Made by a program: the position numbers and the translations under genes. Below the pieces are notes generated by a model. That model searched no databases, was not told where the DNA came from, and saw only the letters and a program-made list of their open reading frames with translations. Below are positions 1 to 12,529 of a stretch of DNA of 64,000 bases, piece after piece. Positions within the stretch are counted from its first letter, which is position 1. The number at the start of each line of letters is the position of its first letter. The stretch comes from Bilabrum cf. latius (lineage: Eukaryota), in NCBI GenBank assembly GCA_965178125.1, contig OZ237771.1, positions 310,001 to 374,000 on the forward strand, given 5' to 3'.

Positions 1-1288
1 CACCACGCAGATGCGACGAACCGGGCACAGCTTCCTCGGCGAACGCTCCCCAGCACCGCCACACGTCGGGAGCCAGTGGCCACAGGCATCGGAAGCACCA
101 CCTTCCGGCATGTGCTTCTTCGGGCAGTACCCCTGGCTGCCCACGTCCAGCATGGCATGCAGCGCCACCCAGCTGTAGGCCTCCATGGGCAGCATGGCGC
201 ACGTGCGGTCCAGCCTCTCGTCTGCATCCGTCGGTGGCTTGTCTCCGAACATGGCCTCGAAGCTGCTGCACACGGACTCGGAAGGAGGATCGAATCCCGT
301 CTCTCCTTTCTCCGCGCAGGCGAGACGAGTGGGAGCATCTCCTGGATCAGCTGGCGGTGCACCTGCAAGAGTCTGCCTGTGCTTTGGTCCCCCTGTGAGC
401 ACATAGTCGGCCACCACGTTCTGGCACACTCGACAGCGATCTGTGACGTGATGGTCGTCCCTGTTCTTCTCAACGGCATCGCTGTCAGCTGTGGCGGGAC
501 TCACCGTGGTTGCGTCCTCGTTGGCGATCTTGACCTCCTCGTGATCGATCAGCCGCTTTCGGTTGAAGGCTTCGTAGTCTGCATCGAGCTGCTCGCAGTC
601 TTGGATCGGCAGGGACCGCACGTCGTCCCATCCGTTGGCCGGGAGGCTGTTGTGCTTCTCGATGAACAGCTTCAGGGTCTCGCACGTGTCCTTCGGCAGA
701 CCAGCCCTCCCATTCTCCAGCATCGACAGCACGGTCTACGCCGCGTGAGACACAGCGACGATGTCGGAGGCCTTGCTGATCCGCTCTTCGGTCGCGGCCC
801 AGAGCAGGAACTTCCTGGCTTTGGCGGCCTGGAACACCTGAGACATCGTCATCTCTTCATCGACGGACTTGCCACTCGGGTCCACTAGGAACCCATTCCC
901 GCTGACGAAGCACCTCTTCGCGATCGCCTCCATGTCTTCAGGATCTTGATCAGTTTTGCCGGCGCTGATGGCCACCTGATGGCATGCCTTGCGATCCAGC
1001 ACGATGCTGTACGAATGGCGCGGCGACACCTGCATGGCGATGGGTGCCGGCAGCTCGCTCACCCTCCTTGCCCACTGGTCGATGAAGCTGCTCTGCGTGT
1101 CCTCGTCCTGCGTGGCGCTGACCAGCCCTGGCTCGCCCCCCTGCACCACGATCTTGACGTCTCTCACAAGAGAGGCAGTGCGGCTGGATTTGGAGTTGGA
1201 CCACGAGGCCGAGAGCTCCACGGCTTGCTTGCCACCGCTGGCAGCGAGGTTACCCAGCATGAGGGCCCGTCGGATGGAGGGGCCGTCT
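1..1288 (-). pseudogene. 5'-truncated near-identical duplicate of MACPF gene A (copy of 5160-6447); continues beyond the window start
   Basis: 1-1288 matches 5160-6447 (offset 5159) with scattered substitutions. Identity stops abruptly after ...GGCCGTCT at 1288, so the signal peptide and the YG-x9-GG half of the MACPF domain are absent. Confidence 0.75.
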
Positions 1289-1472
1289 TTGTGGTATTAT
1301 TACGTGTTGATCGTCCGATGCTCTCGATGATTCTGCATCGGTAAGTTTCGCGGAAGGCATGATGGCTCTCCCCAAAGTCTCGACGCTGGTTGCAACCGGT
1401 CGGTCCGGGACCAATTGTCAAGATGAAGATATCGGCTGATGGACTGGCGAAGCATTTCTATTGAATTTTCAA

Positions 1473-2864
1473 ATGGCAGGTGCGGCTGGCTCTGAGCCTT
1501 CCAATGATTTGGTTAAATATTCAGATCTCGAAGAGAAAACCGAAGGTCTCGAGCGTCACTTTGAAGCGCCCACCGAAATATCACTTAGTACTGCAGATCC
1601 TTCTTCTGTTGTACTCGGTGACGTAGTGTGGAGCACGATCAAAACTCAGGTTGTCGTATTCAGCACTTTGGATCATGTGGTCGGCATGCCTGCAGGATTT
1701 GCGCTTGCGCTAGTCTACCAGTTTCACATCAGCGAGCTGGAGATTATTTGCGTGGAGACTGGTGCCGTGGCAGCGTCCATTCTATATGATGAAGATCAAG
1801 GAATATTTTGGGACAAGTTCTTGATTCCACCTTCAGGCAAATTCTACCACATGAACGGAGACATTCTTAAGATCGATCTGCACGCCATGGCGGCTTCATG
1901 CGTGGTAAGTGGCCGCGAACTATCGAGAAGTGTTGGCATTCTCCACCATGATATCGGGCTCTTTGTTAGCCCTCTTACACCGTTTCAGATATACATGATA
2001 TCACCTGTGTCTGGGAAAGAGGTCTGCTTCGAAGCATCCGAGATTGAGGCAGTCGTCCCGGATGAGGATGAGCGCACAGCTGGCAAGCCGCTGGTTACCA
2101 AAGTGAAAAAGACGTACACTGAGTCGCTGCTACATGCATCCGTATTCAAGGAGCAGATTGTGGGGTGCGGGAGGTACAGCCAATTTACGGTGCTGCAAGA
2201 CGGAAGGGTGGCCGCGTGGGCTCCGCACGGGGAGTGCTTCGGGGGCTTCACAGTGTGGGACCCTTCCACCAACAAGACCAGGTTCGTCGCTGACAACTTC
2301 ATTCTGGAGGGAAATCCAAGAGTTGATGGCTGGTCAAAGACTGTCGAAGATGATATCACATCGAAAGGCACTGTTCAACAGGTGGGCCCGTCCCTCGTGG
2401 CTCTGTTCCTGCAGCGACACAAATTCGGTATCGTCATCATTGATGTGGACCGAATGGAGCAGGTGGGGCTGGCGGCGGAAGGGGAGCGCATCCAGCTTGC
2501 CGAGGCGGTGCAAGTGGAAGGTCAAGATCACTGTATGCTGATTGCTGGGACTGTTGCGCCTGGTACTGTGCAGGTGTGGAAGCCCGTGAGCGCGAAAGAG
2601 GGCTGGTACAAGAAGCAGCAGGAGGTGGAGATCGGTGAGAAGGTGAAGGGTATCACAGCTCTTGAGGTTGTCCCAGGGGGCAAGTTGCTGGCTGCAGGGC
2701 GAGTGCATGGCTTCGACGAGCGGCCGATCAAGGAGCATCCGATCGTGTGTTTGCAACTGGATGGGGTCGATGTTTAGCTCCCTGAAGGTACCGGCAAGGA
2801 GGATCGTTCCACTGGTGACAGTAAGCTGCTGGCCAAGCTGAAGGAGGGAGGGTATATGAAGTAA
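1473..2864 (+). CDS. Hypothetical beta-propeller/WD40-like protein (~463 aa, one internal TAG)
   Basis: ORF 1461..2777 reads through TAG 2775-2777 to TAA 2862-2864. Propeller-like strings: FTVLQDGRVAAW, FTVWDPST, GTVQVWK, ITALEVVPGGKLLAAG. Confidence 0.7.
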
Positions 2865-3188
2865 CTGTTAGCGGCTACCCGGAACATGAATCCGCATCAG
2901 ATCCGCATTCGTCTGTGTACCAGTGTCAAGGACCACATTGCTAAGGTTCGTGCCTTCTTATTAGCTAACTTAGACTATCACAAATCGGGACTAGTTTTTC
3001 AAATCGAAATTAAAGTGTCACACTTGTCTAGGTTCCTCAGGAGTAGAGGTTCTTGGGACGAGCAAAGCGTGTGAAAGCACATGGATATATACCTAACGCC
3101 GGATGGGGTTCGGGTTTGATGCGACGATGGGAGCGCAGGTAGCCAGGTCTCCCAGTTTGTTCCGGTATAGGGCCGGTCGCAACCGTGA

Positions 3189-3689
3189 TCGACGCGCATC
3201 GGATTTATGTGTTGCAGCTCTCTCTGTGTGAAGGAGAGGGACGGAGTTTGGGTTATCTCGTTCTGCGGCGTCCGGGCGTTCGTGGCGTGGGCAGCAGCAG
3301 CGGTCCTCCCAGCCCCAACAGCTGCAAGTGCATCGGCGCGGCAGCTGGCGCTCAGCTGCCCCAAGCAAGGGCCGGTTTTCGTGGTAGGGCAGCGGCCGCT
3401 GCTCAAGGCCACTGTCGTCCGCGTGCTCCGTGGCTACTGCCAGCTCGGCGAGGCCGAAGCGGTGCACGGCCACTCCATCCGCATCGCTGCAGTGATGTGC
3501 CTGGACCGAGCAGGCGTCGCCTTCGAGACTATCAGGCGATTTGGGCGATGGAAGTCAGCTTCTTCGTGTGAGGTATACCTACGTTCAGCCAGAGAGGGCC
3601 TTTCCCCTCTTGAGCTCCGTGAGTCAGATCTCTAGTTGAAGCAGCCAGCATGGGTGCTGGCGCGCGCCCTTCTGCTCGCGGTGACGTGA
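3189..3689 (+). mobile_element. Relic C-terminal tyrosine recombinase of a DIRS/Ngaro-type retrotransposon or Crypton-like element
   Basis: Translation shows HGHSIRIAA...IRRFGRWKSASSCEVYLR (H-x-x-R, GRW-x-S and catalytic Tyr region). TGA at 3186 lies just upstream. No RT/RNaseH or terminal repeats seen. Confidence 0.75.
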
Positions 3690-3941
3690 TTCACTCGGGC
3701 AGAGGCGTTCAAGACATGGCACTGAAAGAATTGGCGGAGTGGTGCAGTGGCTCAGCTCGGACCTGGATGAACAGGCCCAGAGCAGCGCCAGCCTGCACAG
3801 CTTTGTCAAGGACTTGCCATGTCTGATTGATTGGGAGACTAGTTTGCGATATCATCACGAGCATCAAGGTTATAAAGCAAAATCGATCATCCAAAACAAG
3901 CACACGTCCAGCTTGCTGTCCCCAGACCCAGAATCAACTAT

Positions 3942-6900
3942 TTAAAGTGTGCAAGTTCCCCCCGCCACAGTGGCACTAGCAAACTGTGACCTGATGAAGT
4001 ACTCCCAGTCGTGAGCTGGTACCCCGAGCATGAAGGACCGACGGGATGCGTCGTACCTGGCCTACTCGGCTGCATCCAGGTTCTTGTCGTATGACCACGT
4101 TGAAGTACCTGCCAATCCAGCGCCCGTGTCCTTGCCTTCATCAGCAGCTTTCACGAATGCACCTCGCTTCGCCTCAAATGCATCGTTTGCTTCCTTGAGA
4201 GCATCTTCCCTTGAAGGCAGGTAGGCGTCCAGCCAGTGTGTTTCGCCGGATTTTGCCATCACCTGCAGGCACATGCGCTGGGTGATATGGGTGTGCCTGC
4301 TGTGGAGAGCGTGCGGAATCGGGTAGGGCTCCCTGAGCGACTTCAGGTGGAACTCATATCCCAAGTCCACTCCCAGCACAGCTCGCATTGCGTGGCGAAT
4401 ACTGCTCCTGGTCTCGGTCATGGACTCGAGGTGCGGGTAGATGCTGCTGCCCTTGGAGCCGCTGTTGCAGGCAGATGGGAAATGCATGAGCAACGCAATG
4501 GGCTAGTACTTCTTAGGCTTAGCATACAGCGTCCAGGTGCCCGGCACAGTGGGTCGCTTCCAGACAGGATTGAGTTCAATAGGCGGCTCATCACCACCGG
4601 CACCGGTGCTCTCAGCTCGAAATACGCTCATTGGCGACATGCGGTCAACGGAGACCTCGAGCAGAACCGTGCCATCGATCTTACGTTGTGAGCTCGTCTG
4701 TATCACAAGTTCACGGCTTCCACCCATAATTGGCCACCATAGTGGAACTCCTGTCTGGTGCTCACTGCTTGGATCATGAAGCTGGCACCTGGATTCACCG
4801 CGCCGCACGCCCTCAAGACTGTAGGCATCCAGCTTGAAGGTATTGCCCAGGTCCCGGTGATCGATCCTGCGGTACTGCACTGGAATGCCGTTGTCCAAGT
4901 CGTGACGAGTATCAGCCTCTGCTTCAGGTACAGATGCACTGTCGGACTTGCCATCCGGCGTTGCTTCGGTTTGAGAGTACGCCTCTGCTTTCGAGTGCAG
5001 CACATCACCTACCACCTCCCGGTACAGCGACCGCTGCTTGCACTCGTCACTGCCCATCGCATGGACTTTGGACCAGTCCAACTTCATGCTCACCGCGTCA
5101 GGGATGGTGATTTCCTCAGGCTCCTAGAACCCTGCTTCCAGTTGCGAGCAGAACCCAGTCACCACGCAGATGCGACGAACCGGGCACAGCTTCCTCGGCG
5201 AACGCTCCCCAGCACCGCCACACGACGGGAGCCAGTGGCCACAGGCATCGGAGGCACCACCTTCCGGCATGTGCTTCTTCGGGCAGTACCCCTGGCTGCC
5301 CACGTCCAGCATGGCATGCAGCGCCACCCAGCTGTAGGCCTCCATGGGCAGCATGGCGCACGTGCGGTCCAGCCTCTCGTCTGCATCCGTCGGTGGCTTG
5401 TCTCCGAACATGGCCTCGAAGCTGCTGCACACGGACTCGGAAGGAGGATCGAATCCCGTCTCTCCTTTCTCCGCGCAGGCGAGACGAGTGGGAGCATCTC
5501 CTGGATCAGCTGGCGGTGCACCTGCAAGAGTCTGCCTGTGCTTTGGTCCCCCGGTGAGCACATAGTCGGCCACCACGTTCTGGCACACTCGACAGCGATC
5601 TGTGACGTGATGGTCGTCCCTGTTCTTCTCAACGGCATCGCTGTCATCTGTGGCGGGATGCACCGTGGTTGCGTCCTCGTTGGCGATCTTGACCTCCTCG
5701 TGATTGATCAGCCGCTTTCGGTTGAAGGCTTCGTAGTCTGCATCGAGCTGCTCGCAGTCTTGGATCGGCAGGGACCGCACGTCGTCCCATCCGTTGGTTT
5801 GGAGGCTGTTGTGCTTCTCGATGAACAGGTTCAGGGTCTCGCACGTGTCCTTCGGCAGACCAGCCCTCCCATTCTCCAGCATCGACAGCACGGTCTACGC
5901 CGCGTGAGACACAGCGACGATGTCGGAGGCCTTGCTGATCCGCTCTTCGGTCGCGGCCCAGAGCAGGAACTTCCTGGCTTTGGCGGCCTGGAACACCTGA
6001 GACATCGTCATCTCTTCATCGACAGAATTGCCACTCGCGTCCACCAGGAACCCATTCCCGCTGACGAAGCACCTCTTCGCGATCGCCTCCATGTCTTCAG
6101 GATTCTGCTCAGTCTTGCCGGCGCTGATGGCCACCTGATGGCATGCCTTGCGATCCAGCACGATGCTGTACGAATGGCGCGGCGACACCTGCATGGCGAT
6201 GGGTGCCGGCAGCTCGCTCACCCTCCTTGCCCACTGGTCGATGAAGCTGCCCTGCGTGTCCTCGTCCTGCGTGGCGCTGACGAGCCCTGGCTCGCCCCCC
6301 TGCACCACGATCTTGACGTCTCTCACAAGAGAGGCAGTGCGGCTGGATTTGGAGTTGGACCACGAGGCCGAGAGCTCCACGGCTTGCTTGCCACCGCTGG
6401 CAGCGAGGTTGCCCAGCATGAGGGCCCGTCGGATGGAGGGGCCGTCTGCCCGCAATGTCTTGGTAGTAAACGATGTCGTAGTTGTTTCCTGCTTACCGCC
6501 CACGTTGCGAACGTGCACAGTCTTGTGGGTGGTGGTGTGGTTCGATGCAGTCGCCTCAAGCAGGTCTCCCATCGTCATTGTGTCTGAGTGGTCGAAACCG
6601 CCCTGAAGGCTCAATGCAGCGTGCTGGTGTTCTTTTTGAGACAGCGATTCGTCACTGAGCTGCCGGATGATGGAAATTTTGCCTCCCATTGTGATGTTGC
6701 TGACAACAATCTCGCCGTACGACTGGTGCAGGCTTCGCAGCAACATCTTGACAGAGGCTGGCGACATGTTCAGCAGTTCGGCGCGCTTCTCCCGAGTGAT
6801 GCCGTTGGTAGAGCTGAACTGTTTGACAAAATCCAGTTGTGCTTTTGTCACTCCGATACTTAGGATGGCTTTGAGAAATCCAGTGTCGATAGCATTGGAG

Positions 6901-7932
6901 TCGAATCCGCGAATGCACTGTACAGTATCGAGGTTGTTCCAGTCGTACGCGGTCTCATCTTCTGGACCCGCTCTGTATTCGACAGGGAGAATCGGCTTCT
7001 GAGATCCATCCGCTCGACCTATATCATGACATGCCGCAAAGAAGTTCGTCTCCGGCACGACCCCACGGTAGTGCTCAACGGTTCGAACATTCGTCACGGT
7101 TGCGCCAGTTGAATAGCCGGCCTTGGCTTCGCTCGATCCCCAGGTAGCTCCAAATCCAGCATGGATGGTCCCAAAGGTCACGCCCAGACCAATTTCCTTT
7201 CCCTACTCGGTCACTTTGTCAACCTCGTCCTTCATGTTCGCGATCTTCAGCGCAGCTCTGGTTCGCTGTAGCATCTGGACGTCAATCTGCGAGCAAGCAG
7301 TAAATACCATTAGCATTGGGGTATACTCTCAATACGTTTCTTTAACTTTACTGTGGATCGTGGTGGTCATGTCTTGAATGCATAGCACCATACTTTTGTT
7401 ATTCAATTGCCAGCGAATCAGTTGCGAACCTTCGGAATTCCGTGACAAACTATTGAATGGTCGCAAAGTTTGCCGCGCAGGGGGGATTTGTCGACCTCAT
7501 GTCTTTCGATCATGTCACCGCGGAAAATACGATGTGCGCTGGCATTCACGTTACACGAATACATCCATGGATGCATGAATTGGCAATTGTGAGCCTCACG
7601 TGCTTTGGTTTTACCCGGTGGCCGAGTAATGGATGGTGAAAGAGTTCACATTGGCTTGTGTCCGAGCAAACGTCTCGATTTTTCACGATTTGACCGAGCA
7701 AATGATCCGGCTGCCCTGTTGGTCCGAGCATAAAAGTAGATGCAGATCTACCAAGGACCTCTATCCCCTCGATTGGAGCCGGCTGCGTGGATTCCAGGTC
7801 AGCAGCACTAGCCTCAGTATTACCGAGTTCAACAGCTCCTACCATTTGCAATACGCTCGCACACGTTGCGAAAAGGACAATTGTTACCACGACAACCATT
7901 TTACTGGCTGTTGTCCGACTAGATTGCCCCAT
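3942..7932 (-). CDS. Secreted MACPF/perforin-like protein A (~1,225 aa); exons 7932-7600 and 7286-3942
   Basis: Hydrophobic leader MVVVVTIVLFATCASVL; GIEVLGRS N-motif; signature-spaced YGEIVVSNITMGG; VQGGEPG...W...PAPI. Phase-0 intron GTGAGG(7599)...GCAG(7287). Same-frame ORFs are joined by TAG at 7203, 5895, 5124, 4503 and 4062. Ends TAA 3942-3944. Confidence 0.8.
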
Positions 7933-8083
7933 ATCTGCTCCCAAATTTGTGATTTAGTGCGAATTGGGTATTCAATCCGAAGGAACTTTCCGCGTTTTAT
8001 CTTCCAGATCACGAGCCATCACCGCAACCTAGTCTTCAGTTCTGTTCTACCAGGTGCTGGTTGACTATCTACCACAGCTCAAT

Positions 8084-11000
8084 ATGTCAATTGTTTCCCT
8101 TAAGTCACGCCACAATGCATATGTGGTAGCTTTGGGACTGTAGCAGATGCTGTCAATGGCTGCAATGGCTGCAATGCTCATGCGTGTAGGATACGCTCAT
8201 GGAGCTGCTACGAAGGTAAACACGCATCCACTCATAGTTGGTGTTAATGCGCTAGGCAGAGGCGAGTCTCTTTGGACCGGAGAGCCTCTCCCCTCGGTTT
8301 TATCGTAAGCCAGTGCAACAGTAAACTTTGCGCCTCGCTATGTATAGACTGGACAAGCAGAAAATCTTTCGCATTTGACCATCTGTGTATCAGTTCAATT
8401 CAATTTAAACTAGTTGTTGTCCGCAGGCTTGGATGTCACCAAGAGTTGACCACAAAACGTTCGTCTTACGCCCCAACCTCGAAAGATCTTCTAGAGTTCC
8501 TGGATATTTCGTCTACTGTTGACTAGCACGGGTATTCATCAAGCAGATGTGAAAAGCTACATCATCCAATGATGCAGGATGTATGGCTCCCCGGCGAAGT
8601 CAGTGAAACATCAGCAGCCCTTGCTGTGTCTGCTGTGACAAGCACCTCTGTGGACCGCGCTCTGGACTCGGCGTCAGCGTTTAGTGCAAAAGGGGGAATC
8701 TCTGGAATGGTACCGACCCCCGTTGTTACCATCGACCTGAGTATTTCAGTATTTCACCAGTCTTCGTCCCAACGCTCGAAGTCCACGCACGTCACCAGAG
8801 TTACAGCGCAGTAGAGCGTGGTAGCATACTCCCTCACGATTCAGACCAATCACCTCGTCCCTTCCTGCGAGCAAAATTCCCAAGGTAAAACTGTCTGTCT
8901 GATGGCCAATACCGCCCGCCATGATCCGGATTTTGTGCTAGAAGCAACCGGGCTGCCAAGCCCTCTTGCGAACTCTGAGGCGATCAAGACAGGGGTGCAG
9001 CTGGTCGCAACGTCTTTCCTGCAAAGCCGGGGCACGAGTATCGTCACGGGCGCAAGACTCGGAGGTCGGATCACGCTTGTGCAGCTTGTGGACGAGGAGA
9101 AGAGCGAGTCGTCTGCGAGCCAGTCGTTTTCGGCAAAGCTCAGCACGTCCATGGTGGAGCTTCTTGACGGCTCCACGGACGTGGCAGTATCTGATGCCTC
9201 TGAGGCGCGCAAGGCGAGTATCAACGACGGGGCAGGTGGAACTATCACGTAGGAGCACAGTACAGCTGTGGTTGCAAGCACTGGACACCACCCTGATGCC
9301 GCTTTGGCCAAGCGTGACGCGAGCCAATTCGCCGATGACACCAAGGGCAAGCACCTCGCGGCTGTGGCTGACGTCGCTAGTGCCACCATGGGTTCGGCGG
9401 GGGCTCCCCAAGTCCAGCTAAGCCTCGGGTGGAAGTCGAAGTCATCAAAGAAGGAGGCGTCGCAGCGCAGCCTGCTCAACACGAGGGCCGAAATCGAAGG
9501 TGGTATTCCTGGGCTTACTTCCTTGTCAGTGCGACCGTCATCTACTGCTGCCGGAGACAGCTCAATGTCAGCTTAGATCAGTGGATTACCCCAGTGGATT
9601 AACTCTGCCCGTGCAAACGGAATAGTGCAGGGCTCGACCAGGTCTGACCTGCTCTAGTACCTTCCGTTCGTCGAGCAGTGCAATTCAGACAATTCTAGGG
9701 CAGTCATGCAATAGCTTGTGAGGGGTGCATGGTGGAGCTCTGGTGATGCAGGGCAATCTGTCGATAGAGGCGCTGCGGCTACTGCTTCTGGGTCTACCAA
9801 CGGCCAGACGGGCGGGCAAAGCGACGCAGAATCCCTGCCTGCTCTCGTGCTCAAGTACATTAGTGATGGTGACCCCTTCAAGCACCTGCAGGTCATCGAT
9901 GCTCGCACTGACGAGGTTGAGAAGCTGCAAGCTGACCTCAAAAGGAACAGAGTGAGCTCGATCGATGCACACTCAGTCCGCTTCATGAACTTCGGGACTC
10001 TTCTCTAGTCGGCCGCCATGGTAGCTGCACGAAATGGGGGATCGAGCTGCTAGTCGATACATGGCATTGAGTCAGTCGCTCCTGGTATGGCGAGCCTTGA
10101 GGAGCAAGGTGTGCTGTGCTGCACCAACAGCTAGGCGTGCAATTCAAGATCTATGACAACGATGATGCGGACATCGATGCGTGCGGCAGATGCCACGCCA
10201 TCCGACTGGATCGAGGCGGCTGAAGAATCGCAAGGGACGAACGGCTCTTTTCACCGCCATGTGCTTGCAGCTGCGGCTGTTGAGCTCAACACGATGGTAG
10301 TGCCGGACACCGCTGTCATTTTGGTGTCGGCATCATGTTGGTAGCCCGTACCAGCTAGGTCAAGCGTGGGAATCGGAGACCGGAGCGCGGTTCTCTTTTT
10401 CAATAAGGCGATCAAGATGTGGGTTGTCGCTGACCCTGCCGCGACAAGGCTGCTCACCACTCAGGAGGCGTTCGGGTGTTTTCCGCCCGACCGGCTCGCA
10501 GATGACGCTGGAGCAGCGCTGTTCACGCCAAAAGCTGACAGTGCGAGCTTCGATGCAATGGCGTATCTTGCGACAATCATGTCGTTCCGCCTTATCACAG
10601 AGGGCAAGACCAGCTTGATATAGCTTGCGATGCGCAAGCATCCGCTCTATCTCGAGGAGCGGTCCTTCTCGACTGTTTCTAACGCCCAACTCGAATTCCA
10701 GATGATTGGAGTACTCTCAGGGGATTCCGCAGAGTCTGAATCATCAACAAAAGTTGAAGGCGACAAAGGCGGTAAAGGCAGTGATATCGGTAAAGGCGAC
10801 GAAGGCGCTCAAGGCGACGCAGGTGGTGACGGCGACAAAGGCGGTGACAGCTCGACTCTACTACAGAGTCAGGCGCACGCATCATCGAAAGACGCAGCCG
10901 TCCAGCGAGGGATGCGCCGTGTCAGGCGCAACAGGCGCCTTCACAGACCGCACCATAAAGTCAAGAAGGATCCTGTCGGCAAGGTGCATGTTGCCTTTTT

Positions 11001-11700
11001 TGATGTGGTGCGCGGCTCTCTTCATGGCTCCAGCTCGGGTGTGCAGCCGGGAGACGTCACGTTCGACCCCGCCCACATGGGAACCTTTGGCGCGGACATG
11101 CGCGACGAGCACGCAGATGCTGAAGCATGGAAGCGAGCCCAAGTGGCGATGCAGCAACCTGTGTGCGTGCATGGTGGTCCGCATCGCGTCATTGCACGCA
11201 AGGAATTCCTGCTGCTGGCCCTTGGTGAGCTGAACCGCTTGCACAAGAACCTCCGAGCATCTCATGAACAGTGCGATGCGAAATCGCTCAAGGCTCTAGA
11301 GATCGGCAATGATGCATGCACTGGAGATGGGGATCCCTGCAATACCATGGAGGAGGCCGTCGCTAAGCTTGGATATAGCGGGGCGATCATGGGAACGACC
11401 AAGCCAGCATGCCGTGACAGCGCCAGGGTGAAAGAGACCGCTGCAGTCAATCGAAAGCTTGCACTGGACACACGCGGAGATCGCAGCGCGGTCCATGCCG
11501 TGGGCATGCACCTCACCACAATGAGAAGGATCCTGGCCACGTCTTTTACTACTGGGGGTGTGGAGCCTGTCATTGTTCCCGAGAGTGGCGACGTAGGCAC
11601 CGGAGAGCGCGCTAGATCTAGTCAGGTGCAGCCCGCGGCACAGTCTGGGAATGGCGATGCCTCACCGGAGGGTGCCAGCATTGATGGAGAGGATTCTTAA
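8084..11700 (+). CDS. MACPF/perforin-like protein B (~1,164 aa); exons 8084-8304 and 8427-11700
   Basis: GVNALGRG N-motif; RGTSIVTGARLGG; IEGGIPG...QWINS. CEKLHHPMM aligns with CELFHHPLL of gene A. Intron GTAAGC(8305)...CGCAG(8426) restores the frame. 12 in-frame TAGs and no TAA/TGA until TAA 11698-11700. Confidence 0.8.
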
Positions 11701-11778
11701 GGTACCGTGGTAGGATTGTGAGGCCGCCGTTGAGGCGTTGCTGCCCAACTTGTAGTCAAAATTCACCCTAGACAAGTA

Positions 11779-12392
11779 GTTCACTTTGCTGTAGCTGTGG
11801 ATGGTTGGGATGGGCGGAGGCCAGGACTCGCCGAGAGTCGCGTGAGCAAGGGGTGTGTGGTTCGCTTTGCTGTTGCTGTGGATGGTTGGGATGGGCGGAG
11901 GCCAGGACTCGCCGAGAGTCGCGTGGGCAAGGGGTGTGTGGTTCGCTTTGCTGTTGCTGTGGATGGTTGGGATGGGCTGAGGCCAGGACTCGCCGAGAGT
12001 CGCGTGGGCAAGGGGTGTGTGGTTCGCTTTGCTGTTGCTGTGGATGGTTGGGATGGGCGGAGGCCAGGACTCGCCGAGAGTCGCGTGAGCAAGGGGTGTG
12101 TGGTTCGCTTTGCTGTTGCTGTGGATGGTTGGGATGAGCCGAGGCCAGGACTCGCCGAGAGTCGCGTGAGCAAGGGGTGTGTGGTTCGCTTTGCTGTAGC
12201 TGTGGATGGTTGGGATGGGCGGAGGCCAGGACTCGCCGAGAGTCGCGTGAGCAAGGGGTGTGTGGTTCGCTTTGCTGTTGCTGTGGATGGTTGGGATGGG
12301 CGGAGGCCAGGACTCGCCGAGAGTCGCGTGGGCAAGGGGTGTGTGGTTCGCTTTGCTGTTGCTGTGGATGGTTGGGATGAGCCGAGGCCAGG
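11779..12392. repeat. 81-bp minisatellite, ~7.5 near-identical copies
   Basis: Unit TCGCTTTGCTGTTGCTGTGGATGGTTGGGATGGGCGGAGGCCAGGACTCGCCGAGAGTCGCGTGAGCAAGGGGTGTGTGGT; 27-aa periodicity in the ORF track. Confidence 0.95.
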
Positions 12393-12529
12393 CCTAACCA
12401 CGATTTGCTGAATCCTACTCTCAAGCGTGCCACCGGCCTTTCACAATCGCACAATTGCTCTAGAGTGCATATCGCCTGCGCCAAACCACTCGTTTACCCT
12501 TATGTATCTGAACAATAGCTTAAGCTTGT

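Noticed and set aside
884-888. TAG versus CAG difference between the duplicates (886 vs 6045) as proof of TAG=Gln
   Set aside because: The real gene is on the minus strand, where this is a synonymous CTA/CTG Leu change.
4758-6587. 609-aa plus-strand ORF and similar antisense ORFs (76-888, 20484-21587, 47954-48907, 41365-41955)
   Set aside because: They are shadows of GC-rich genes on the other strand with no motifs of their own; 41365-41955 only overlaps ankyrin exon 1 at its end.
11779-12392. CRISPR array, or the 204-238 aa repeat ORFs as genes
   Set aside because: No unique spacers and no cas genes. The frames are open only because the unit length is a multiple of 3.
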